Of a DNA stretch of 64,000 nucleotides, positions 1-11,679 are shown in pieces. Under the pieces are notes generated by a model. That model was not told where the DNA came from, made no database searches, and saw only the letters and a program-made list of their open reading frames with translations. Source of the stretch: Fistulifera solaris (taxonomy: Eukaryota); the NCBI GenBank assembly GCA_030295235.1, contig AP026135.1, positions 1 through 64,000 on the forward strand, given 5' to 3'. Each line of letters begins with the position of its first letter. Position 1 is the first letter of the stretch. The position numbers and the translations under genes were made by a program.

Positions 1-464
1 CCCTAACCCTAACCCTAACCTCTAACCCTAACCTCTAACCCTAACCCTAACCCTAACCCTAACCCTAACCCTAACCCTAACCCTAACCCTAACCCTAACC
101 CTAACCCTAACCCTAACCCTAACCCTAACCCCTAACCCTAACCCTAACCCTAACCCTCAACCCCAACCCTAACCCTAACCCTCAACCCCAACCCTAACCC
201 TCAACCCTAACCCTAACCCTAACCCTAACCCCAACCCTAACCCTAACCCTAACCCTAACCCCAACCCTAACCCTAACCCTAACCCTAACCCTAACCCTAA
301 CCCTAACCCTAACCCTAACCCTAACCCTAACCCCAACCCTAACCCTAACCCTAACCCTAACCCTAACCCTAACCCTAACCCTAACCCTAACCCTAACCCT
401 AACCCTAACCCTAACCCTAACCCTAACCCTAACCCTAACCCTAACCCTAACCCTAACCCTAACC
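1..464. repeat. Telomeric (CCCTAA)n tract (TTAGGG on minus strand), chromosome end
   Basis: Uninterrupted CCCTAA repeats from base 1 with a few variants (CCTCTAA, CCCCAA, CCCTCAA); ends abruptly at ...ccctaacc|acggtc. Confidence 0.98.
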
Positions 465-3400
465 ACGGTCTCAGAAAGAAGATGACAATGAAGAATACTA
501 TGTAGACAATAATGAAGAGAATCGACTTGACAATTCATCGCCGCAGGCGTCCGCTTCGATCTCTCAAATCGATAAGGCTATTCAAAACGAATGGTGGAAT
601 GCTGTTTTTGGTCGGAAATGGAAACCATCTACACAGTCGACGGTCGGCCTAGCGGGCTACAAGTCAACAATATCACAGCAGTTGTGTCTTCCCTCGGATA
701 CGGGAAAATTAGGTGTTACAATCAGTCGATTGGTTTTGGGCGTTTCGGTTCGATATGTACAGCCGAACTCGCCAGCAGCTATAGCCGGCTTACCAATGCA
801 TGCTGTATTGCTAGAAATCAATGGGATTCCTTTACTTGCAGAGCCAACAAGGACAGCTCTTGAGCGACTGTGGCAGTACCAGGGGTTTGCGCAATCGGGA
901 AATCGAATGGATCTTCCAGTCCGACTTCGTTTCATCAAAGGAGGACGCATTCGAACTTATCTCATCACGGGAAGACCCCCATGGGGCATTACCTGGGGAA
1001 CCTGTGGGCAATTTGCGTTGGTGAAGAAAACACGGGGTGTAGCAGACGAAATTGGGATTAAGCGGGGAGCCATTATATCGGCAGTGGACGAACACGTAGG
1101 ACTGGATCATGTTGCCGCTGCTGGCTTTCTCAAAGATGGAGCCCAGACGATTACCTACTCATTGCCTCCTATGACGGCTAGATCGCAGAGAAGAAAATGC
1201 ATCCATGACGTCGAAGGAGAGACGACGGCCTTGCGGAAAACATCTGTGGAAGGCGTACAGGTCACATTTCATCCAGTTTGGTCAATGAGTAAGAAGAATT
1301 CTTCAATACGACATACGGAAGCGGATTTACGAACGCTGGCGGACTAGGTCGCCGCGGGGTTCGACGAACCCCAATCTGTTTCCTTCTTTGACGGTATTGT
1401 TGCCCCACGCCCTGATGAAGTTTTTTCCTTCCCGCCCCACTCCTCAGCGACGAACAAATCATCGAAGCAATGGACCCGCTGTCGTGCGCACTTTATTGTT
1501 GGAATATGCTCCATGACGATTTCGGAACCACAAGTTGCTTGTGACCGATGGAAAATAACTCTTGAATCATCCAAGCACGCGCATGTTCTCATACTCCCCC
1601 TGTTGTCTTTTGCTGTGCTTCTCTCACGAATCGAAGCAACCGGTCGAGCTTACAGTGCTCTTGTTGAAATTGTCGCGGCGAGACAAATCAATGCAACAGT
1701 ATCTATATTATGCTTTTATGCAGCTACATTGCGACTTTAGAGACTTCGCAAAGACGGCAATCTCGTGGCCCTACTTCATTGCCTAGAATTGCTACGTTTT
1801 GCAGAGAAGGAACTTGCTAGTCGCGTATTGCCGGATATAGAACAACTAATACCTCCAAGCCCTACTTCAACAGTTGAACAACCGCTGGGTCCGGAAGAAG
1901 GAAAGCGCTACCTGCGTTTCTTTCGCAAAAAGAAGAAACGAACCACTTCTCGAAAACAATTGGAACACGACATTGTGAAGTCTGCCTCTTCGACGCTCTC
2001 ACATACCCCTAGCACCGTGTACGAAAGTATGAGCGATTTTTTGAGTGAACTTGACCGATTATGCTCTTCTCTTGAGCGTTTTTTACAAAAAATCATTTCG
2101 ACAAAAGCTAACAGACTGGGCCGTTAGCGCCTGGAGTGCTTCAAAGGGGACGGCATTAGCGGACGTAACGAGCACCCTGCGTCGCTCCTTGAACCAACCT
2201 GCGTTTCCACTGTTGAACCCTGTTGATCCCTCCCAATATTTGACAAAAATTGTGATCGAGGAATGTTATATTCTTCCTAGCGCTCATTTTCCTATTCTTT
2301 GACGTTCGAAGTGGATCGTTCGGAAGAGAGCCTCTTTCTTACGGAAGTCCAGCTGGAGAGCCTGGTTGGCGAAATCGACACACCGGAAGAAGTAATTTAC
2401 ACCGTGGATATGACCGTTGGAGGATGTTTTGTGGGGTCGACACCTGGAGTTATTATACACAATGCGTCGGGCAAATCAATGTACCAATGGACGGATCAAA
2501 AATATTCTTTCGCAACAAGAGATCGAACACCTCCTTCCACGCTGTCCATTCGTCTATCATCGCGTCCTAAAAGCGACTCGGGAGCAACTACTGCTATTGG
2601 ATATGGCTGGACTGATTTGACACACGATGCAATAGTGAAACGAGTTCAGTTATTTTCCTCGCCGTCTTTTTGATAGTACAGGTGCGAGCACTGCGGTGTT
2701 ATCGCCGTTCGAATTGAAGCTGAACATTCGGACAAGAAAGACGGCCCTTGACTTTTCGGAAACGTCTTTTGCTATACAAGCATGACGATGACCTCCGACA
2801 AGAAGCATTTGCGGTAAAATTCCTACAAATTTGTGATCGGTTACTTCAAAAGAATGGCCTCGATTTGCATCTGCTGACGTTCGATGTGGTTCCGGTAGGC
2901 ACTCATCGCGGTTTTGTGGAGTGGATCTCCGGTAGTATCCCTCTTTCGGAGTTGTGTGAGAATTGGATACCGGAGGAGCCCAGCATGATAAGGAAGGCAG
3001 GTCTTACAAAATATGAGAACATTAGCGATGGAAGCTCTAATCCAGTTCAAGATTTCTTGCGCTCTTGCGCGTTCGATGCCGATGCACCCTACTGGATCAG
3101 CAAAGTTGTCATGGATAGATACATCAAGAGCTGCGCGGGATATTCTATTCTGACCTATATCCTTGGTGTTGGAGATAGGCATTTGGATAATCTACTCATT
3201 CATTCGTCGGGAGCTTTCTTTCATTGCGACTATTCATTTTTGATGGGGAGCGATCCGAAAGCCTACTTGCCGCTTCGAATCACTCCTCATATGGTAGCAG
3301 GCATGGGCGGGGTTGAATCGGATGGTTATACTAAGTTCTTGTCTTTGATGGGAGCAGCTTTTCTGTGTCTGCGGCAAGCGGAGAACGTGCATTTGATTTT

Positions 3401-3598
3401 GAGTTTGATTCGGCTCATGGAAGCGAGTTGCTTGCCTATGGAATGTGCTTAAACGACGTCCGAAATCGTCTGAGGCTTGATCTGTCGGACGAAGCTGCGC
3501 TCGAATACTTAGAGGCGTTACTTGAAACCACGGTGACCAATAAGATATGGCTGGCTGTTGATGCAATTCATACTATTGGAAAGCGAATCAAAATGTAA
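463..3598 (+). pseudogene. PI3/PI4-kinase family (Vps34-like catalytic domain) gene with N-terminal PDZ-like segments; 5'-truncated and multiply disrupted
   Basis: Kinase motifs LYKHDDDLRQE, YILGVGDRHLDNLL, FHCDYSF in 2748..3452; C-terminal RLRLDLSDEAALEY in 3365..3598; PDZ-like GKLGVTISR...VQPNSPAAIAG...LLEING. Frame is open from 463 with no early ATG; in-frame TAG at 1345-1347 and at least 6 frameshifts. Pseudogene versus end-of-contig errors is unresolved. Confidence 0.75.
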
Positions 3599-3649
3599 AA
3601 TTTTATATCACATTAAATGCAACGATGCAAATCTTCCAAACCAAATCTT

Positions 3650-6600
3650 TTACACCCGGGTGGTGTTCGTTTGCCCCATAACAGCTTGAACAGAGTCCAT
3701 CAATGCTTGTCCTTCAAAAAGAATTCTTTGACTTCTATTTCGAACGGGAACCTTTAAAGCGTCACCCTGAATATCAATGCAATCAGATTTCTGGACGCGG
3801 AGACCGTTGGTACCTAAAATGGCATCGAGTTCCGGAATGGCAGGCAATTCGACCATCACATCGTCGCCCATAACCTTGATTGGAAAGGTCAAAATTTTGA
3901 GGTCACCACCGAGCTCCTCGCCGTTTTCTAATGCAAAATTCTTCTTGTGCAATGGACATGCGACCTTCGGAGTTCCAGCGTTGTCGCCGATGATGCCTTG
4001 AGACAAGACGAAAGCCTGCTTGTGCGGACACATATTTTGAGTGCAGTACCATTCACCTCGGGCCACGTTATTGAAGACGGCCAATTGCGTTTCTCCTACT
4101 AGAATAGGTGTCCCAACATTTGGTCCGAAGTTGGACACCTTGCCGACGATAATCCAACTTTTCTCAGACTTTGCAAACACATCATCAGTTGGAGCACGCC
4201 ACATCGTTTGGGCCTGTCCATCTTTCGGCCAATCTGTCGGGCGCTTCTGGCCTCGCATGTCGACGAACTCAATCATGTGCTCTTTATCAATCGTCTTATC
4301 GGTGTTCGCGAACTGCTTGAACTTGGCGCGACGAGCTGGGTCCTTTACTACTTCGGCCTGCCGTACGATAGTAATGTTTGAGTTCTGGTTTTAGCGCGTG
4401 TCGAAGAAAAGTAAAACGACAACCATTTGACTTACCCACTCATCATGATAGGTGTCGACCAAATGCTTCATTCTGGCGTCAAGTTCCGCACATACTCCTA
4501 GCGAGTCGTCAATGATGACATCGCGCAAATGTCCAATAACAGTTCCGTCCTTTCCCTTTGGTAGCTTTTGCTGCCAAAAAGCCGTGCGCTCCAGACGATC
4601 AGCTGTCAGAATGTAATACATGATGTATCGGTCCAAATAGAGCAACACGGTGTCTTCGTCGATATCTGTAGCAAGCAGTTGTGCATGAACAGGAACTGAA
4701 CCTCCGTTACCGCCAACATACAAGTTATAGCCGTTTTCTGTGGCAATCATACCAAAATCTTTAGATTGCGCTTCTGCACACTCACGGACACAGCCTGACA
4801 CTGCACTCTTCATTTTGTGGGGAGATCGAATGCCCTTGTAGCGGTTCTCTACTCGCACCGCGAAACTTACGGCATCTTGCACTCCGTAGCGGCACCACGT
4901 TGACCCGACACACGATTTGACCGTACGCAGCGCCTTCCCGTAAGCGTGTCCCGACTCAAAGCCAGCCTCGCCCAACTCTTCCCAGATATCCGGCAGTTCA
5001 TGCTTGGCCGCTCCAAACAAATCAACACGTTGTCCTCCTGTAATCTTGGTGTAAAGATTGTATTTATTGGCCACCACACCCAATGCAATCAACTGATCAG
5101 GGGTTAGCTCGCCACCAGCCACGCGAGGAACGACGGAATATGACCCACCCCGTTGCATATTCGCTAGGGCCCGGTCATTTGTATCTTGAAGTGCTTCATT
5201 GTCGTCGATAATGACATCATTGACAAGCGAAGCCAAGATCGAACCCACAGTCGGTTTGCATATCTCACAACCGTCACCGCTTCCGTGTTTGTGCAAAATC
5301 TTTTCGAACGAATCAACGCTAGTAATATCCGGAGCTGTGCGGATCAAAGCCATCAGTTCTGGGCGACTGTAAGCGAAATGTTCACAAAGGTGATTAGAGA
5401 GACTACCACCAAGTTTTTCAAGCTCTGAGGCTAATACGGCTTTCACTTGGGACTCGCATCCTCCGCATCCAGTTCCAGCGCGAGAGCACTTTTTCACATT
5501 GGCGTATGTAGCCTCTTGAACACCGAGCTCTTGAACGACGGATGCAATCGCACCTCGGGTAACATCGTTACAGGAACAGATCTGAGTGTTGGGGTCGTCG
5601 CTTATGCTTTCTTCTTCCATTCCACTCTCTCCACGAGCCGAAGGTGGTGCGAGTAGGACAGCACCGGGCAGGTCGAGTTCTTTGTCGCCGGGCACAGCGA
5701 GCTTATGCAAACGGTCGTAATCGCCGGCATCGCCCACCAGAATTCCACCACGCAACTTTGTGCCGGCCTTGTTGAAAATCAATTTTCGATAAATGCCAGA
5801 AATAGGATCATTCCAGACCATCTCGCTAACATCCTGGTCATCCGGTCGGGGCTGGTTGACACCAAAGGAAGCCACATCGCAGCCGAGCAACTTAAGTTTT
5901 GTCGACATGTCGGCTCCAGTAAATTCTGGCAGTGCATCGCGAAAGACGCCCCAGTCGGCAGCAATACACTTGGCAGCGACATCCGCCATAACGTATCCCG
6001 GAGCAATCAAGCCGTAGATGAAATTATTGTAAAGAGCAATCTCGCCGATGGCATACACGTCTTCCACGCTTGTTTTCATGAAGTTATCGACGACTATGCC
6101 CCCTCGCTCGCCAATCGCTATGTTGGAACCGTCAGCTCGGGCCAAGTCGTCACGTGGTTTGATACCTGCCGAGATGATGACCATTTGAACCTCCAAATTG
6201 TCCCAGTTTTCATTACTAAAGCGCAGCGCTGCGACTGGACTTGTGCTTTCCATATCTGTCGACCCATCTTGACCGACAATCGACTCGGTGCGTGCACCAC
6301 AGTGAACCTTGAGACCCATTTCTTCGATCTTTCCCACTAAAGCATTGTGACCGCCTTGATCGATCTGTCGACACATGAGGATGTCCGCGAACTCGATAAT
6401 ATGCGATTCGAGACCCATGTCTTTGGCGGCTTTGGCAGCTTCCAATCCGAGCAAGCCTCCTCCGATGACGGCCGCCTTTTTCACGTTGTTGTCAGCGACA
6501 TACTTGAGCATGCTCTCCAAATCTTCGATAGTGCGGTAAACAAACACACCGGGTCGCTGCTTGCCGGGAATCGGAGGAACAAAAGGAAACGATCCTGTTG

Positions 6601-7045
6601 CCAAGACGAGTTTGTCGTAGGGGATCGTCCGACCGGATACTCCGGTCACCGTTTTGGATGCTGTGTCAACCGCGATAGCTTTATCATTCAAGTATAGCTC
6701 CACATTGTTTTCTTTGTACCAAGTCGTGCGTCCGTCTTCTTGAAATTCGCTCGTCATGCTCAAATCCGATGGATTTCTTGTTTCCAAAAAAGGATGTGAG
6801 TTTGACTCGATTGTAGGCGGCTCGTGGCTCCTCGCAAAAAGTACTCAATTGCACCGAAGGATCCAGTTTGAGGATATTTTCCATAAAACGCTGTCCGACC
6901 ATGCCGTTGCCAACCACAACGACGCGTTTCCCCGGACTGTCACTTTCGGATGCCATCGACAACGACAAGAACGATTTCTTCGTCGAATGAATGCCGACAA
7001 AGCAGTAGTGCTGCCTAGCAGCAAAAAGGACACGAAGGTTTTCAT
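3650..7045 (-). CDS. nirB: NAD(P)H-dependent nitrite reductase, NirB large subunit fused to NirD-like Rieske domain, with signal-peptide/plastid-type presequence
   Basis: FAD site VVVGNGMVG, NAD(P)H site IGGGLLGLEAA, BFD 2Fe-2S CSC...GTGCGGC, siroheme/4Fe-4S KSCVGSTWC and SGCVRECA, Rieske CPH...CPLH. GT-AG intron 4358..4435 restores DEW|AEVVKDP. Start MKTFVSFLLLGSTTALSAF at 7045; 1-nt frameshifts near 6985 and 6790. Confidence 0.93.
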
Positions 7046-9175
7046 CGTGCAATTTTTATTCTTAAAAGGTTTATTACAACAAAGGAGAATAGGATTGTTT
7101 TGTTGTTAAAGATGAAAAGAAAACGAGATGATGGAGGAAAGGTATCTTCGGATTGGCCATTTGCCATTATTTTTCTTCCTTCTTCCCCTTCCGCTTCCTT
7201 CATGCTTCCGGAGGATATTCGGAATTCGGCATACTCTTTAGTCTATATTGCGAACAGAAGGACATCTGGCTGAATACCGAATAATCGATTTCCCAAGCAC
7301 AAGTAATGTGTGGAAAGTGCCCGCACTTTCTGCACGTGAAAACAAACGGAAGCATTCTTCGAACGAGGACGATTTGGAGCGAAGAAAACCTCGGGAACTT
7401 TCGTGCGTACAGGACACAGGACGGTTTGGCGTAGCCAAAAGCCAAATACTCCTTTGCGTCGGTACTGGTAGTCAAAACCCTCTGAGAAACCGTTACGACT
7501 GTTTGTAATATGGAGAATTACGGTTACGAGGTTAAGGGTACCCGGTACCCGTACGGAGTCAGAGCATTGAATTGAGAATGAGTCAGGCTAGGTATTCATG
7601 GGTCATGGCAGTGGGCGAGGCTCTCGTTGCACTCTAGACGACTTACAGTTATTTACTTCAAATAGTGACATCACGAACAAGAGAAATATCCCAATGGTTT
7701 CCAAGTCCTGACTTTGTACCAGAAGTATCTATGTTTCATCCCTCATTCCAATCAAAGTGTTTAAAGTCTGTTTGCCATGAATAAAGGTTATGTGTTGTAT
7801 TTGGCTGCATAAGAGGGGTCGTTACTGTTCATTTCTTTTGCTCTCTTTCATGCAAACTAGATTGCATGAGTCGTCTTATCAAGTACATGAGAGAAAGTAA
7901 GGGGCGCGCCGTAAGGCGAAGAAAAATTGGTTAAAAGCACGCTTTAGCTTAAAAATCACAGGAAAAGATGGAGTTGTTAATCCTATCAAAGTTTGGTAAT
8001 GATTAACTTTTGGAAGGATGAACTTTTGCAATGAAAACTATGGGGAGGTGGGAAAAAGGCGAGGGAACGTAAAATGTGAAGTCGCGATTTGCTTGGAGGG
8101 AAAATCAAAAACTTACACAACGGAAACACAAGCCTCGCCTCGCCTCGCCGCCCGCCCACGCAACTCGGGATCCAGTCACACCTAACCGGGTCTTATTTGT
8201 ACCACCTTCAAAGATTTTTCAATACCTCAATACTGGTATTATACCGTATGGTATTGCGGTATTCTAGAGCCCGTTGAACTATAACTAAATACTAAATCCA
8301 ATCCAGATTTAGACGCTCAGACATTTCTGGCAAGGCACTTTCACTTTTATCAACGTTTCTCATTATTATTTTTTGGAAGAGAGTAATAATTAATAATGGT
8401 ACGAACTGCCATGGTTGCTTTATTACGGAGTACAAAAAAACCGGTTGGTCCAGTGACCAGTGACCAGCGACCAGTGTGACCTTAAACCTTCAAGCTTCAA
8501 GCTCAAGTCGTAAGTCGTTGACCGTCGGCCTTTGGCATTAGCAATTGTGTACTAGGGTGTATTTTGGTGAGGGTTTTGAAATTTTCGTATTAACGTGTTC
8601 AAAGAAGGCCCAAAAGAATTCAAAAGGCTGTCTCAAATCTCAAAGCTTTAAACCATCTTTGGAGCGGTAGAGCGTCAGTCACACGGTAAAGGTAACACGT
8701 CAGCTTGATCAGTAATCGTGGTTCGTCGTCGATTGTGCTTCTTGTCGATCCATTTTGTCGTTCGTCGTCCTTAATGTGTTACGTGAACTACATTTACCAG
8801 GTAGCATCAAGAATCAAGATAGGGCACGTGGCATGGATTTCGGGTTTCGGGCTACATACAATTTAAGGTACATGACCCGAGGCCGAGACTTGCGTTCGTC
8901 GAATTCGAACAGAGAACAGAGTGACTAGTGATACCTTGACTATAGCCTACAAAGTAATCTCACTTTCGACTTTGGGTGCCTTTTGACTTTTGACTCTCTC
9001 AGAATGACCGTCAGCGACGCCCAATTACAAATTTCCAATTGACAAGGACGTACCTATTTGGCAACCTCACAAAACCTTTCGAACGTGAAACTACATCGAA
9101 CAACTGCAATCATGTTAGGCTGGATGAACGATTGTCTTGAGAAGCTCGTTGTTGAGAAATTCGGGATCGATGCGC

Positions 9176-9301
9176 GGCATGAAATCAAAGCCATTGCCAA
9201 GTGTGACGTTGCTGATTGCGGCTTCTTACGATTCGAGGAGTATCCTGATCAAGGCTGCCTATGATCTGATTCATGCTGGAAGTAAAGTGTCCGGTTTAGC
9301 T
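9176..9301 (+). repeat. Left copy of 126-bp direct duplication flanking the satellite
   Basis: ggcatgaaatcaaagcc...tccggtttagct; matches 11170..11296 except for one extra G in the right copy. Confidence 0.95.
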
Positions 9302-11169
9302 TACGCTTTTGGACACTTACGCTTTTGGAAACTTACGCTTTTGCAAACTTACGCATTTGGACACTTACGCTTTTGGAAACTTACGCTTTTGCAAACTTAC
9401 GCATTTGCACACTTACGCTTTTTGAAAACTTACGCTTTTGCACACTTACGCTTTAGAAAACTTAAGCTTATGAAAACTTACGCTTTTGCACACTTACGCT
9501 TTTGGAAAGTTACGCTTTTGCACACTTACGCTTTTGGACACTTACGCTTTTGGAAACTTACGCTTTTGGACACTTACGCTTTTGCACACTTACGCTTTTG
9601 CAAACTTACGCTTTTGGACACTTACGCTTTTGCACACTTACGCTTTTGCAAACTTACGCTTTTGGACACTAACGCTTTTGCACACTTACGTTTTTGCACA
9701 CTTACGCTTTTGAAAACTTACGCTTTTAGACACTTACGCTTTTTGCACACTTACGCTTTTGGAAACTTACGCTCTTCCACACTTACGCTTTTGCAAACTT
9801 ACGCTTTTGCACACTTACGCTTTTGCACACTTACGCTTTTGAAAACTTACGCTTTTAGACACTTACGCTTTTGAAAACTTACACTTTTGGACACTTACGC
9901 TTTTGGAAACTTATGCTTTTGAAAACTTACGCTTTTGCACACTTACGCTTTTCAAACTTACGCATTTGCACACTTACGCTTTTGCACACTTACGCTTCGC
10001 TTTTGGACACTTACGCTTTTGGAAACTTACGCTTTTGCAAACTTACACATTTGCACACTTACGCTTTTGGACACTTGGCGCTTTTGCACACTTACGCTTT
10101 AGAAAACTTACGCTTTTGGAAACTTACCCTTTTGCACACTTACGCTTTAGAAAACTTACGCTTTTGGAAAGTTACGCTTTTGGACACTTACGCTTTTGAA
10201 AACTTACGCTTTTGCACACTTAGGCTTTTGCACACTTACGCTTTTGGACACTTACGCTTTTGGAAACTTACGCTTTTGCAAACTTACGCATTTGGACACT
10301 TACGCTTTTGGAAACTTACGCTTTTGCAAACTTACGATTTGCACACTTACGCTTTTGCAAACTTACGCTTTGGAAAACTTACACTTTTGAAAACTTACGC
10401 TTTTGCACGCTTACACTTTAGAAAACTTACGCTTTTGCAAACTTACGCTTTTGGAAACTTACGCTTTTGGACACTTGCTTTTGAAAACTTACGCTTTTGG
10501 AAACTTACGCTTTTGCACACTTACGCTTTTGCAAACTTACTTACGCTTTTTGCACACTTACGCTTCGCTTTTGCACACTTACGCTTTTGCAAACTTACGC
10601 TTTTGCACACTTACGCTTTTGAAAACTTACGCTTTTAGACACTTATGCTTTTGAAAACTTACGCTTTTGGACACTTACGCTTTTGGAAACTTATGCTTTT
10701 GAAAACTTACGCTTTTGCACACTTATGCTTTTGCACACTTAAGCTTTTGGATACTTACGCTTTTGCACACTTACGCTTCGCTTATGGACACTTACGCTTT
10801 TGGAAACTTACGCTTTTGCAAACTTATGCATTTGCACACTTACGCTTTTGAAAACTTACGCTTTTGCACACTTATGCTTTTGGAAACTTACGCTTTTGAA
10901 AACTTACGCTTTTGGAAACTTACGCTTTTGGACACTTACGCTTTTGAAAACTTACGCTTTTGGAAACTTACGCTTTTGCACACTTACGCTTTTGCAAACT
11001 TACGCTTTTGGAAACTTACGCTTTTGGACACTTACGCTTTTGGACACTTGGCGCTTTTGAAAACTGACGCTTTTGGAAACTTACGCATTTGGACACTTAC
11101 GCTTTTGCAAACTTACGCTTTTGCAAACTTACGATTTGCACACTTACGCTTTTGCAAACTTACGCATTT
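9302..11169. repeat. 16-bp minisatellite, consensus G(G/C/A)A(A/C)ACTTACGCTTTT, about 117 units
   Basis: Directly visible tandem units such as ggacacttacgctttt, ggaaacttacgctttt, gcaaacttacgctttt, gcacacttacgctttt; count is ~1868 bp divided by 16. Confidence 0.97.
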
Positions 11170-11296
11170 GGCATGAAATCAAAGCCATTGCCAAGTGTGA
11201 CGTTGCTGATTGGCGGCTTCTTACGATTCGAGGAGTATCCTGATCAAGGCTGCCTATGATCTGATTCATGCTGGAAGTAAAGTGTCCGGTTTAGCT
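11170..11296 (+). repeat. Right copy (127 bp) of the direct duplication flanking the satellite
   Basis: Same sequence as 9176..9301; continues into the remaining H-NOX coding sequence. Confidence 0.95.
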
Positions 11297-11679
11297 GTTG
11301 ATGATCTCTTGGAGGAGTTCGGTCGGTATTTTGTTCCTTACATCTTCAATTCGGGCCATGAGAATCTAGTAAGTTAAGCTTGGTGACTGCAAGAATACAC
11401 CGTGCGTTGTATCTTCGCTGTCGTTCGACACTTGGATTTCAAACAGATTGCAATCATCCTTTACTGGTATAATTGATCAGATATTACGACATTCAGTGAA
11501 ATTTACCCGAATTTTACGTGCTGGTACTTAAATGGAGCATTGTAAACATTAGAACTTTTTTTGATCCGTGACCCATGACCATGACCCATGACCCTTAGAA
11601 CTTTTTTTTGATCTCTTAACCCTAAACTTTTCCGCCTCTCACGGGCGGGCGCCTGCCAAATGCTTACTCCGGATTACTT

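Larger units (their letters stand above)
9112..11368 (+). pseudogene. H-NOX (heme NO/O2-binding) domain gene fragment interrupted by a satellite insertion
   Basis: MLGWMNDCLEKLVVEKFGIDA(W)HEIK...F...YPD..AYDLIHAGSKVSGLA|VDDLLEEFGRYFVPYIFNSGHENL matches the H-NOX N-terminal pattern; GTAAGT donor at 11369; no recognisable downstream exon; a +1 frameshift is shared by both duplicated copies. Confidence 0.75.

Noticed and set aside
194..538. Val-Arg repeat ORF on the minus strand
   Set aside because: It is only the translation of the TTAGGG telomere
1345..1740. TAG reassigned as a sense codon
   Set aside because: Intact genes here terminate with TAG (43809, 59452), and the TAG at 1738 probably lies outside the true frame
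7880..8170. Possible non-autonomous DNA transposon (gcgcgccgtaaggcg, gcctc x3, cgcccgccc with a 9-bp inverted match near 11643)
   Set aside because: No convincing terminal inverted repeats or target-site duplication found
9302..11169. CRISPR array
   Set aside because: No unique spacers (only a 4-nt variable prefix), repeat too short, no cas genes, eukaryotic context
9137..11176. Overlapping 60-255 aa ORFs with an HTYAFGNLRFWKLTLL repeat
   Set aside because: A 16-bp unit yields the same 16-aa cycle in all three frames; stops and frame-breaking indels occur freely, so there is no sign of coding constraint
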